Source: Patescibacteria group bacterium
GTDB taxonomy: Bacteria > Patescibacteriota > Microgenomatia > UBA12405
Assembly (NCBI GenBank): GCA_018902845.1
Contig: JAHIPV010000013.1
Span: forward strand, 82,766-146,765
DNA: 64,000 bases
Direction of reading: 5' to 3'
Positions within the stretch are counted from its first letter, which is position 1, and every line of letters starts with the position of its first letter. Positions 38,441 through 47,961 of the stretch are shown piece by piece. The notes beneath the pieces are model-generated. The model ran no database searches and was not told where the DNA came from. It saw only the letters and a program-made list of their open reading frames with translations. Position numbers and translations under genes: made by a program.

Positions 38441-38520
38441 CGAGTTTGACTCGGTCATTGCGAGGATCCGCCAGCTGGCGGAGACGTGGCAATCCCGCTG
38501 TGCCTCGCCGTAGCTTTATG
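38441..38520. repeat. gtcattgcgagga...gacgtggcaatc repeat unit
   Basis: ggtcattgcgaggatccgccagctggcggagacgtggcaatcccgctgtgcctcgccg. A near-copy lies at 40396-40450. Confidence 0.6.
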
Positions 38521-38598
38521 CAAAGGCGGGTCTCAAGTCTACATTGTTTATAATTAATTAAATTATATAAAAGGAGGTGAAAATTTAAAAAATAAAAT

Positions 38599-39744
38599 AT
38601 GCGAAAAATATTAAAAAGTTTATTAGTTCTTGCATTAGTAGCAGGTTCGGTTTATGGTATCGCCCAATCCGGCGCTTGGTTTACTGATGAAGAAAATATT
38701 CCAGGTAACAATATTCATGCCGGTACTATTGATATCACCGCTGGTTTGGTTAACGGTGCAGAAACTTTCACCATTGCTGACATGAAGCCATCAACTGTCC
38801 ACTATATGCAGATGGAAATTAAAAATGTTGGTGAAAACGAAGCCGATGTCTGGAAAAGATTGGTTATAGATCGAGAAAACTATTCTGACGGTTTAACGCC
38901 GGAATCAGAACCAGCCGGATCAGATAACAATATTGGCGGAGTAATTCGCTATGACATGCAAATTGACGGAGATGTTTTGATAAGTGAAAGCGATGGCTTT
39001 GTTTTAGATGACAATCCTATACCGGAGCATTTGCTTGGTGTACCAATCAATGGTTTTTGGATGTATTTGGGTCGTTTATTGCCACAAGAAATCATGGCAG
39101 TTGACCAAAGTTACCACATGGACGGCACAACCGGAAACTGGGCCCAGGGCGACGAAATGACTTTTGATGTTGAACTATTTGCTCAACAAATTGTTGGCGG
39201 TGCTCCTTCACCGGATGGTGAATTGGCCGGCCTGACTCGTTGTCAAAATGGTGATAGTCTGGAAATGTACAATATTGGCACAGGAGAAGATACTAGTCAT
39301 AACCTGCTAGGTTGGAGTAACGCATGGACAGAGGCGTGGGGTGGAGGCTATGGTGGTAGAGACGATGGCTCTTTCCGTCTTCTTACTGGTCCAGGTGACA
39401 GTTGTGACGCTGGTTACGAATCTGCCGAATTTACCATGCACGCAGGCACAGATTATGGAGTTCAATTGACCCTAAACCATCTTGACGGATCTCAAGACGA
39501 CAGTTTTGACCTCTATGTCAAGATTGCAGGTATTTGGACAAAATTCGGTCATTATCAAGCTTTGTTAGGTGGAGAAAATTGGGTAACCACTACCTTCAAT
39601 CTTCCACAGCCAGTTACGGGTAATGTTGAGTTCAAGCTAGTTGCTACTCAGCCAAACGATTCTTGGTGTGCCACTTGGGGGCAAGTTGCCTTCAGTTGGG
39701 CTGAACTACTACACAGTACTTGTCCAACACCAACACCGGATTGA
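38599..39744 (+). CDS. Secreted protein with SipW-cognate (TasA/camelysin-like) N-terminal region
   Basis: Signal MRKILKSLLVLALVAGSVYG. The motif AWFTDEENIPGNNIHAGTIDIT parallels the TasA-type AYFSD.E...N.F.AGTLDL signature. RBS aaaggaggtg at 38570. Confidence 0.55.
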   Translation: MRKILKSLLVLALVAGSVYGIAQSGAWFTDEENIPGNNIHAGTIDITAGLVNGAETFTIADMKPSTVHYMQMEIKNVGENEADVWKRLVIDRENYSDGLTPESEPAGSDNNIGGVIRYDMQIDGDVLISESDGFVLDDNPIPEHLLGVPINGFWMYLGRLLPQEIMAVDQSYHMDGTTGNWAQGDEMTFDVELFAQQIVGGAPSPDGELAGLTRCQNGDSLEMYNIGTGEDTSHNLLGWSNAWTEAWGGGYGGRDDGSFRLLTGPGDSCDAGYESAEFTMHAGTDYGVQLTLNHLDGSQDDSFDLYVKIAGIWTKFGHYQALLGGENWVTTTFNLPQPVTGNVEFKLVATQPNDSWCATWGQVAFSWAELLHSTCPTPTPD

Positions 39745-39784
39745 CAATAGGTGTTGCTTTGGATTTGTCTGATAGTGGTTTGGA

Positions 39785-40486
39785 ATGCGCATCCAAACCA
39801 CTATCATGAGTAGTGTTATGACAATGAAACTAAAAAAAATATTAAATATCTTTACTGCCTTAACCCAGCTACTATTAATACTATTAATAATACTAACTCT
39901 GGCCGTTACATTTTTATCCCGTCGCGGAATATCTAACCTTAGAGCCTTTGTAATTTCTACCGGTTCCATGGGTACCTCAATTCCCGCCGGCTCTCTTATC
40001 ATTACCCAGCCCCAAGATTCTTATCAAAAAGATGACATTATTACTTATTACACTAACGATTCTAACGGCAACCGCCAAAAACTGCCCACCACTCACCGCC
40101 TAGTCGAAGTAAAACAGGGCGAAAATTTAGGCTATCAAACCAAAGGTGATGGCAATCAAACTGTCGATCCATTTATCACTCCAGCCAAAAGTCTTATCGG
40201 TAAAGTAATTTTCCACTTGCCTTTTTTTGGTTATTTTAGTAATTTTGCCCAAAGCAGAAACGGATTTATATTCCTAATAGTCATCCCTGCTACTATTCTT
40301 ATATACGGTGAAATCAATACTATTTTTAAAGAAATTAATAAATTAATTAAAAAGAAAAAAGTAGGGGCGACCCTTGCGGTCGCCCGCAAGAAACATCTGT
40401 CATCACGAGGATCCGCCAACTGGCGGAGACGTGGTGATCCCGTCGGGATTGCCACATCCTCCGATAAATCGGAGTCTTCGCAATGA
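39785..40486 (+). CDS. sipW: Signal peptidase I, SipW (archaeal/ER S26B) type
   Basis: TM anchor, then STGSMGTSIPAGSLIIT. The motif is the S26B-type SGSMEP with the Ser nucleophile. It ends in a lysine-rich C-terminus. The true start is probably M at ~39824. Confidence 0.6.
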   Translation: MRIQTTIMSSVMTMKLKKILNIFTALTQLLLILLIILTLAVTFLSRRGISNLRAFVISTGSMGTSIPAGSLIITQPQDSYQKDDIITYYTNDSNGNRQKLPTTHRLVEVKQGENLGYQTKGDGNQTVDPFITPAKSLIGKVIFHLPFFGYFSNFAQSRNGFIFLIVIPATILIYGEINTIFKEINKLIKKKKVGATLAVARKKHLSSRGSANWRRRGDPVGIATSSDKSESSQ

Positions 40487-40495
40487 CAAACATAA
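40361..40495. repeat. Family B palindrome (GTAGGGGCGACCCTTGCGGTCGCCCGCA) plus a gtcatcacgagga unit, at the sipW 3' end and the N-terminus of the next gene
   Basis: gtaggggcgacccttgcggtcgcccgcaag at 40361, identical to 43155, 48396 and 62945. Then tgtcatcacgaggatccgccaactggcggagacgtggtgatcccgtcggg. Confidence 0.75.
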
Positions 40496-40496
40496 A

Positions 40497-43130
40497 ATGA
40501 AATTAAAAAAATTATTATTTTTACTAACTCTCACTCTCCTCTTTTGGGGCGGGGGAGTATCACCGGCTTTTGCCTATCTTGATGACACGGAAGAAAGTTT
40601 AAACAATCAGCTTAATTCCGCCGTTCTTGACTTGGAAGTCAGCTCAGATTCAGATTTTTCTAGTGGTGTTATCCCTGATCGTCTCACCCCTGATCAAGAC
40701 AGCAGCAGAAATATAGATCTATCAAAAACAACCATCAGTATTCCTCTTTGGCACAAAGTTTCTTATCAGGCCGTCGGCGCTACCGATTCTTATCCGGATC
40801 TTTGCAACGCTATCAATCTAAACACGTTTTACGACGCTACACCAAAATACACCGGTCCCCTTTCAGCTCTTTCCGATTTTACCGATGCCGATTTTTTCAT
40901 CGATTCCTCCACTCCTCAGCATTTTGTCTACAGCTTATCTCTTGGCACAACCGACCCCGATTTGCAAAATCGGACTTGCAAATTCAATTTGGTTTTTTCC
41001 GCCTGGCAGGAATTAAGCGATGGCACTTGGGGATTTGTTGATGAGGAAATTCTAGAAAATACAATTAGTTCCGGCGATTGGCAAAATCCACTTTCTGCTA
41101 TCACCGCAACTTTTAGTTCCGACGCCCAATCTGGTTTGCCTCTTATCATAGGCTACACCGCCAGTGACAATATTGATATTGACTATGTCCAGCTTTGCTA
41201 TTCTTTTGATCTAAACGATTGGAATTGCGACGATCCCAACTTAACAGATATTCCCAGTTCCCCCGGCTCTTTTAACTTCAACGCGCCGGAGGGAGACGGT
41301 CTTTATTATTTTGCCACTATTGCCTACGACAAAGAAGGCAATCAAGAAAACAAAGATTTACCGGACCCGGAAACCATTGGCCCCTTTGATTTTTACTCAG
41401 TTCAAATTGATACCCAAAACCCATACACTGTTTTATCTTTAGGCGAATTTGGCGACACAAGAAACGCCCAGGGAGATCAGCTCAATAATGGTAATTTTGA
41501 CAACGATTCTTTTTGGACTTGGGCAGGAGCCGGCCAACATCAATTGGTTAATAATACCGATCTTTCCGCAACTTCAATTGAGGTCAAAAGTCCCGATAAC
41601 TCCGCCTTGGTTGGCTGGCTAAACGACCCCGTCGGCACCGGTGGTCAGGATTACACCTATCAAATTTTAACCTTACCGGCTGATACACCCTCGACTCTAT
41701 CATTTTGGTATCGGGTAGTCGGCGGTGATCATGTCGACAACGATTATTTTCAGGCCACTATCATAGATGACAACAATCCTTCCGGCAACGAGACTATTAT
41801 TACTACCGGTTCTGATGAAATTGGCGGTTGGTACGATGACACTTATTGGCAAGAAATCACTCATTCCTTATCCGGCTGGAGCGGACAGAGCATCCGTCTT
41901 CATTTTTCTGTTGACAATAATCCTTCATCAAACACTTTTGCCCTGATAGACAATGTCAGAGTTACCGCTTCTCCTAATTATATTAATATCAACAATCAAA
42001 TAGTTCTAAACAGCAATGACACCGGTGCCGGAGTAGAAAAAACTTTTTATAAAACAGGTACAAATGCTTGGCAGGAATATTCGACTTCATTTAATCTGGC
42101 CAGTCAAGGGGTTAATACCAGTGATACTGTTTTGTTGTCCTATTATTCTACCGATTTAGTGGGAAACACCGAAACTGTCAGAACCATAGAATTAACAGCC
42201 TTTGGTGAAATCGAAACTCCACCCCAGCCCCAAGCTCAAATCACAGTATTTAGTCCCATGGTCCAAACATTCACGCCAATTTTATTAACAAAAGCCGAAG
42301 ATCCTAATCAGGACAGAATATTAATAACCGCATTTATACCGCAACCAAAATTTCATATGAATGAACTGGTTTGGCTAAAAAACACCCAAAGCTCTCCCGA
42401 TCTCAAAGCCGGTGACAATCCGTCCGATGACAAATTCCAGCCTGTTGATATAACAGAATGGCAAATTTGCCACACTGATTCATCACTGCCAAAGTATGAT
42501 GAAAATAACCAGGAGCAATACAACCCAACTCCGACTCCGGATGAATGTGTCAAAATTGAACCAAAGCTAAATCCGGATCAAGATCCCGATGACAAAAAAA
42601 CAGAAATTCCAACCGAAAAAGAGATTATACTTATTGCTGATTTCAAGCTAGACGATGACAAAGACACTATTTTCCTGCTCGACAAAGACAACAACATAAT
42701 TGACCAATACTCCTATGAATACAAAGAAGACAACACCGATCCGAAAAAAAACCATCTTTTCACTCGTGACCCGAATGATGATTACTCTTGGAAAGATCCG
42801 GAACAAAAAGATAACCTTTTGGAATATTATCTCTATTCATCTCTAAATCAGGACAAAGATACTGTTAATTTCAAGCTCTACGGTATGCCGGACAAAGATT
42901 CCTACCAACTAGAACTGCTTTATTTGTCAGAAAAACTGGAAAAAGGTGTTTATACTTTTCATGATTTTGATTCCAATGATCCGGATATAATTAAAGAAGA
43001 CATGTTTATGGGAACCTGCTCTACCGATGGCCTCGTCTGCACTCCAGACCCTCTTATAACTAATATCAATTACATCTTCACCCTCCACCAAGGAGAAAAC
43101 AACCAAATTTTAAAAAATGAAATCAATTAA
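40497..43130 (+). CDS. Very large (878 aa) secreted protein with SipW-cognate-like N-terminus
   Basis: MKLKKLLFLLTLTLLFWGGGVSPAFAYLDDTEESLNNQLNSAVLDLEV carries a signal plus the A-Y-x-D-x-E...N...LDL motif. No catalytic motifs. The upstream 123 nt of the track ORF is repeat-derived. Confidence 0.5.
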   Translation: MKLKKLLFLLTLTLLFWGGGVSPAFAYLDDTEESLNNQLNSAVLDLEVSSDSDFSSGVIPDRLTPDQDSSRNIDLSKTTISIPLWHKVSYQAVGATDSYPDLCNAINLNTFYDATPKYTGPLSALSDFTDADFFIDSSTPQHFVYSLSLGTTDPDLQNRTCKFNLVFSAWQELSDGTWGFVDEEILENTISSGDWQNPLSAITATFSSDAQSGLPLIIGYTASDNIDIDYVQLCYSFDLNDWNCDDPNLTDIPSSPGSFNFNAPEGDGLYYFATIAYDKEGNQENKDLPDPETIGPFDFYSVQIDTQNPYTVLSLGEFGDTRNAQGDQLNNGNFDNDSFWTWAGAGQHQLVNNTDLSATSIEVKSPDNSALVGWLNDPVGTGGQDYTYQILTLPADTPSTLSFWYRVVGGDHVDNDYFQATIIDDNNPSGNETIITTGSDEIGGWYDDTYWQEITHSLSGWSGQSIRLHFSVDNNPSSNTFALIDNVRVTASPNYININNQIVLNSNDTGAGVEKTFYKTGTNAWQEYSTSFNLASQGVNTSDTVLLSYYSTDLVGNTETVRTIELTAFGEIETPPQPQAQITVFSPMVQTFTPILLTKAEDPNQDRILITAFIPQPKFHMNELVWLKNTQSSPDLKAGDNPSDDKFQPVDITEWQICHTDSSLPKYDENNQEQYNPTPTPDECVKIEPKLNPDQDPDDKKTEIPTEKEIILIADFKLDDDKDTIFLLDKDNNIIDQYSYEYKEDNTDPKKNHLFTRDPNDDYSWKDPEQKDNLLEYYLYSSLNQDKDTVNFKLYGMPDKDSYQLELLYLSEKLEKGVYTFHDFDSNDPDIIKEDMFMGTCSTDGLVCTPDPLITNINYIFTLHQGENNQILKNEIN

Positions 43131-43139
43131 CAACCTTGT

Positions 43140-43270
43140 CATTCCGACCAAAATGTAGGGGCGACCCTTGCGGTCGCCCGCAAAAAACAACAATGCTAAA
43201 AAAAATATTAACATCCGTCATCCTGAACTTGTTTCAGGATCCCATTGAGATTCTGAACTAAATTCAGAAT
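43140..43270. repeat. Family B palindrome plus a palindromic family A unit (cgtcatcctgaacttgtttcagg...ctgaactaaattcagaatgacg)
   Basis: aatgtaggggcgacccttgcggtcgcccgcaaaaaac, then catccgtcatcctgaacttgtttcaggatcccattgagattctgaactaaattcagaatgacgaa. Confidence 0.75.
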
Positions 43271-43347
43271 GACGAATATATTAATTTAAAAAGTCTTGAA
43301 ATTATTTGGAAATTTAAATTTTAGATTTAACATCTAAATTTAACTTA

Positions 43348-44982
43348 ATGAAACTTAAAAATACATTATTACTAGCTTTATCATTCCTTTTTTTTGTAAA
43401 ACCTATTCTCGCCGGCAACGACTTAGCGGTCACTTGTTCCCAATCTGAAGAATTCGGTTTTTGTGACACCTCTCCCGCCAATATCCCTCTTTTTTCAGAA
43501 ACAGATGTAAAACCCGGTTTTAATTTTTACCAAAATATTACTGTTGATACTACTAGTTTAGAAGAAGAATTTTGCAATCTTACTATAGGCACTTCAAAAG
43601 TTAGTGATCCCTCTGGTCTTGGTGGAGTTTTAGTAAATCAACTTAGAAGAGATGGTTCAATTATTAAAGAATTTACCATCGCTGATTTATCGACCCCAAC
43701 ATTTTTAGAAACAATTCCCAATAATTCTACCTATATTTACAACTGGAAAATGACCATGAAAGAAAACGCCGGCAATGAATTTCAAGGTCAAAATCTTTCT
43801 TTTGATCTTCTACTCAATTTTTCCTGTGGCCAAGAACCGGAGCCAACCCTCACTCCCACTCCAGTCATAAACCCGTCCGGAATAATCCTAAACGAACTCA
43901 TGCCAGCCCCGTCAGACAATCAAGAATGGTTTGAAATTTATAATACCAACAATTTTGCTGTTATCTTAGAAAATTGGCAATATGACGATCTTGATGCTAT
44001 TAGCAGTGGAGCAGTCAGAAATTTACCAATCATTAATATTCCCGCTTTTGGTTTTTATGTTATCCAAGCCGGTGGCAGTTATTTTAACAATGGTGGCGAT
44101 TTTGTCAGATTAATAAACCAAGATGGGATTGAAGTCGATTCTTTTGACTATACTAGTTATTCTTATATTTTTAGTTGGTCACGCCAGCCCGACAATTCCT
44201 GGTGTCTTACCGATCCAACCAAAGACGATGCCAACAATCTTTGTCCCAGCGACGACGGCCCAACTCCCACCTCACCCCCATCACCTCCAACCTGCGATGA
44301 TGAAAAACCCAACACTCCTACCGGTTTGTTTGCCACCGATATAGGTAACGGCCAAGTTTCTTTAATTTGGAATCCTGTCGTTACACCACCGCCATTTACT
44401 TACTATCTTTTGGCCTACGGCCCATCTCCCGGTAATTACATTTATGGCAATCCTAATGTTGGCTCCAACAATTCCTACATTGTTTCCGGCTTAACAACCG
44501 GTGCTCAATATTGTTTTTATGTCAAAGCCATAAACAATTGCATGCCAGGTGATCCTTCCAACGAATCGTGTATAAATATTGGTTCAACAACTCCTATATT
44601 AGAAACTACCCCTCCTGAAGGATTTGTAGAGGGAGTTTTGGGGGAAGAAACAGAAGAGACGGAAGGGGAGGTTGAGGGCTTGGTTGGTGGTAATGTTGAA
44701 GGTGTTTCTGAATGTGAAAAATATTGGCTTCCGATTCTTTATCTGGTGGCATTTTTTATCAACATAATTTACATGAATAGACAGGCGTCCAAAAAGCCCT
44801 ATAATCGTTCTTCCTTGCGCCATATTGTACCCTTGCTTCTACCGGTTCTAGCTTTCTTTGTTGATACATACATACTAAAAACCCGCTGTTGCAAAGTCGC
44901 CCTTTGGTATTGCAAATATTTTTGGATCGGCAACATCCTCTCCCTATTTGTTCCTGTTTACTATTACAATAAGACCAAATAA
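43348..44982 (+). CDS. Cell-surface protein: signal peptide, lamin-tail domain, fibronectin type III domain, C-terminal TM region (paralogue of 33396)
   Basis: LTD signature IILNELMPAPSDNQEWFEIYNTNNFAVILENWQYDD. FN3-like PNTPTGLFATDIGNGQVSLIWNPV...YCFYVKAINN. C-terminal hydrophobic helices. Confidence 0.55.
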   Translation: MKLKNTLLLALSFLFFVKPILAGNDLAVTCSQSEEFGFCDTSPANIPLFSETDVKPGFNFYQNITVDTTSLEEEFCNLTIGTSKVSDPSGLGGVLVNQLRRDGSIIKEFTIADLSTPTFLETIPNNSTYIYNWKMTMKENAGNEFQGQNLSFDLLLNFSCGQEPEPTLTPTPVINPSGIILNELMPAPSDNQEWFEIYNTNNFAVILENWQYDDLDAISSGAVRNLPIINIPAFGFYVIQAGGSYFNNGGDFVRLINQDGIEVDSFDYTSYSYIFSWSRQPDNSWCLTDPTKDDANNLCPSDDGPTPTSPPSPPTCDDEKPNTPTGLFATDIGNGQVSLIWNPVVTPPPFTYYLLAYGPSPGNYIYGNPNVGSNNSYIVSGLTTGAQYCFYVKAINNCMPGDPSNESCINIGSTTPILETTPPEGFVEGVLGEETEETEGEVEGLVGGNVEGVSECEKYWLPILYLVAFFINIIYMNRQASKKPYNRSSLRHIVPLLLPVLAFFVDTYILKTRCCKVALWYCKYFWIGNILSLFVPVYYYNKTK

Positions 44983-45488
44983 GTGCCAATCTAGGGATTT
45001 GCACCCTAGGCGGACAACTCAACCTACTAAAAGTAGCTATCTTGTCATCGAAGGTCTTAAGCCCCTCATAGTGGATCTCCCACTACCTGCTTGGCTTGTT
45101 TCATATTTTATTTTTTTAATTTTTAAGGATATCTCCTCACTCTGTCGCGACTTGGTCTTCTACGGTCAGTATCGTGTAAAGTGCCAGGAACAACATCTCC
45201 TCCTTGATCCCTGTCCCAGCTTATTCTTCTAGGTGCTCTTCGATCATAAACCGTTGAATGACCTCCTCCACCGGGTCTTCGTTGTATATTAAACCCAAAA
45301 TCATCCTGCTGAAACGGATCGGGATCGCGATATAAGACCATATCATACAAAACAGGGTGAACTAAGGGTATAATAGAATCACTTCTACCTTCAAAAACTG
45401 CATGTAAATATGTTTCTAACATTTTTGTTTAATAAATTAATAAATCTTACAACCTAGAATAACATAGAAACCATAGTAAACTTAACTC

Positions 45489-46613
45489 ATGAATAAATTT
45501 CTCTCTTTTTTAATCTTTCCAATTTTATTTCTCACTTGTTTTTTGTTTTTTACCCCAATCTCTCTCGCCCAATCATCGACTGAGGGTGAAAACATTATCG
45601 AAGCCAAAGTTATAGAGATATTGGAAGAAGGGGAAAGAGAAACTTTAGGGACCAAGCATATTTACCAGGAACTCAAGCTTGATGTTTACAAGGGAGATTT
45701 AAAGGGTGAACAAATAACCATAATAAACGGTGACTTGCCATTTGCAAATTTACAAAAATACAAAATCAATGATCGGCTTATTATTAATCATGGCACCGAT
45801 TTTGAGGGTAACCAATTTTTCCAAATTATCGACTATGTCCGTCGCGACAGCCTCTTGCTCCTCTTCATAATTTTTATGGCTGTTACTCTTTTTATCACCC
45901 GTTGGTATGGTTTTACTTCCATTCTTGGCATGTTTTTTTCATTTTTCGTTATTTTCAAACTTATTCTTCCGCAAATTATTGCAGGAACTAACCCCATATT
46001 AATTTCAATTTTAGCTTCAGTTATCATCATTCCCATTACTTTTTATCTTTCTCATGGTTTTAATGTCAAAACAAACGTAGCCATTATAAGCACTATTGTT
46101 TCCCTTGTGGTTACCGGTATTTTGGCCTATATTTTCATAGAGATCGGAAAACTTACAGGTTTTTCTTCCGAAGAAGCCGCTATTTTAAAAACAAATTTTG
46201 AAAATACCATCAGCATGAAAGGCTTAATTCTTTCCGGCATTATCTTGGCTTCTCTGGGAGCCCTAGATGATATTACCGTAGCTCAAGCATCTATTGTTAC
46301 GGAATTAGTCGATGCACACAATAATCCCAAATTTATAGATATTTATAAACACGCCATGTCTGTCGGTCGTGATCATATTAGTTCTATGGTCAACACCCTA
46401 ATTTTGGTTTATACCGGCGCTTCCTTGCCCTTGCTCTTACTATTCGTAAATAATCCCCATCCTTTTACTGAAATTATAAATTATGAATTCATTGCCGAAG
46501 AAATAATAAGAACCCTGGTAGCCAGTATCGGCCTGATTCTTTCCGTTCCCCTATCTACCGTTCTCGCCACTTTCCTCTTCTTAAAAAAAGCCAAACACAC
46601 ACCATCATCCTAA
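45489..46613 (+). CDS. YibE/F-family integral membrane protein
   Basis: Signal, then an extracellular N-domain and a multi-TM region with LGALDDITVAQASIV typical of PF07907. Confidence 0.5.
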   Translation: MNKFLSFLIFPILFLTCFLFFTPISLAQSSTEGENIIEAKVIEILEEGERETLGTKHIYQELKLDVYKGDLKGEQITIINGDLPFANLQKYKINDRLIINHGTDFEGNQFFQIIDYVRRDSLLLLFIIFMAVTLFITRWYGFTSILGMFFSFFVIFKLILPQIIAGTNPILISILASVIIIPITFYLSHGFNVKTNVAIISTIVSLVVTGILAYIFIEIGKLTGFSSEEAAILKTNFENTISMKGLILSGIILASLGALDDITVAQASIVTELVDAHNNPKFIDIYKHAMSVGRDHISSMVNTLILVYTGASLPLLLLFVNNPHPFTEIINYEFIAEEIIRTLVASIGLILSVPLSTVLATFLFLKKAKHTPSS

Positions 46614-46759
46614 AACCACATCCGTCATCCTGATCACCCGCAGGGGGAGAAGGATCTAGCAAAGCATTCTTCGTCACAGTCACCCGCAAATAAAATTTTA
46701 AATTTTATATTTGGAAATTTGAATTTTAGATTTTAGATTTTTATGTATATACTGATATT

Positions 46760-47626
46760 GTGAAACAAAAACTTTCGCTTCTGTTTATTCCTCAGGAAAA
46801 AAACAACTACAAATCGCTTTTGACCCATCCCAGTTTTTTGGGAATTTTTATTGCCGTCTATCTGCTCAACCAATCTCTTATCAGGTCCTTTACTATTCTT
46901 AAACCCGGTGTTTTGGGTTATTCGTCTGAAATTACAGTTCAAAAAGTTATTAAGCTAACCAATCAAGAAAGGCAAAAAAACGGCCTGCCCCAGCTTGTTT
47001 ATAACCAAGACTTAGCCAGCTCAGCTACCAATAAAGCCAAAGACATGTTCGCCTACAACTACTGGGCCCACAATTCCCCATCCGGCAAAACCCCTTGGGA
47101 TTTCTTTAAGGAAATAGGATATGACTATTCTACTGCCGGTGAAAATCTGGCCAAAGACTTTTATGATACCGATTCTATGGTCAAGGCCTGGATGAAATCT
47201 CCCACTCATCGGGACAATATCCTTCATGCCAAATACAAAGAAATTGGCATAGGGGTAGTTAACGGTACCTTAAACGGAGTAAAAACCACCCTAGTCGTTC
47301 AGCATTTTGGCTTGCCTCTTAATCTTGCTTCTGTTTCCAATCAACAAAATCCGCCCAATGATCTTAATTCAGAATCACCGGTTTTGACAGAAACTCAGCA
47401 AATTTTATCTCAAGAGAATTCAGCGCCTTTAATTAGCCCGCTTCAAATTAGTAAAACTTTGGGTATCATTATGTTTACAATACTGATTTTAGCCATGTTA
47501 ACAGACGGTTACATAACCATGAAAAACAAAACCAAGCGCCTGGCTGGTTCAGCTACTGGACACATTAGTTTTTTGGCCATTATTTTGATGTTATTACTTT
47601 TTAGCCAACAGGGGAGTATATTTTAA
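46760..47626 (+). CDS. CAP/SCP (PR-1/YkwD-like) domain protein, membrane-anchored at both ends
   Basis: LTNQERQKNGLPQLVYNQDLASSATNKAKDM...WAHNSPSGKTPWDFF...GENLAKDF...WMKSPTHRDNIL matches the CAP domain signatures. GTG start. Confidence 0.6.
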   Translation: MKQKLSLLFIPQEKNNYKSLLTHPSFLGIFIAVYLLNQSLIRSFTILKPGVLGYSSEITVQKVIKLTNQERQKNGLPQLVYNQDLASSATNKAKDMFAYNYWAHNSPSGKTPWDFFKEIGYDYSTAGENLAKDFYDTDSMVKAWMKSPTHRDNILHAKYKEIGIGVVNGTLNGVKTTLVVQHFGLPLNLASVSNQQNPPNDLNSESPVLTETQQILSQENSAPLISPLQISKTLGIIMFTILILAMLTDGYITMKNKTKRLAGSATGHISFLAIILMLLLFSQQGSIF

Positions 47627-47691
47627 AACACCCCGTCATCCTGAGTCCGATTCATCGGACGAAGGATCTAGCGAAGCGTTTATAATAAACT

Positions 47692-47961
47692 ATGAAAACT
47701 GACATTTTAAAAGATCTAAAAAAAAATCCATTCGAATTTATTTTATTATTCCTCATTCTTTTAACCGGCGCTTTATTTTTTCTTTATTTCAGCTTTAATT
47801 CCCATTATCAGCGCCGGGTAATTTATGCCACTGGAGCCGCCTATTGTTTTTGGAGTTTAATTCACCATTACCGCCGTGGAGATTTACAACTTTCCATCGT
47901 AGTCGAATACATTCTCATCGCCCTTTTCGCCACCATCCTCCTCACCGGCACCTTGTTTTAG
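47692..47961 (+). CDS. Hypothetical small membrane protein
   Basis: 89 aa with two hydrophobic helices. Confidence 0.25.
   Translation: MKTDILKDLKKNPFEFILLFLILLTGALFFLYFSFNSHYQRRVIYATGAAYCFWSLIHHYRRGDLQLSIVVEYILIALFATILLTGTLF

Noticed and set aside
40374-40496. N-terminal 41 codons of track ORF 40374-43130, and similarly 56958-57293, 34597-34700 and 50174-50200
   Set aside because: These extensions are translations of dispersed repeats (families A/B/C). The genuine starts are the downstream Met that precede signal peptides or conserved N-termini.
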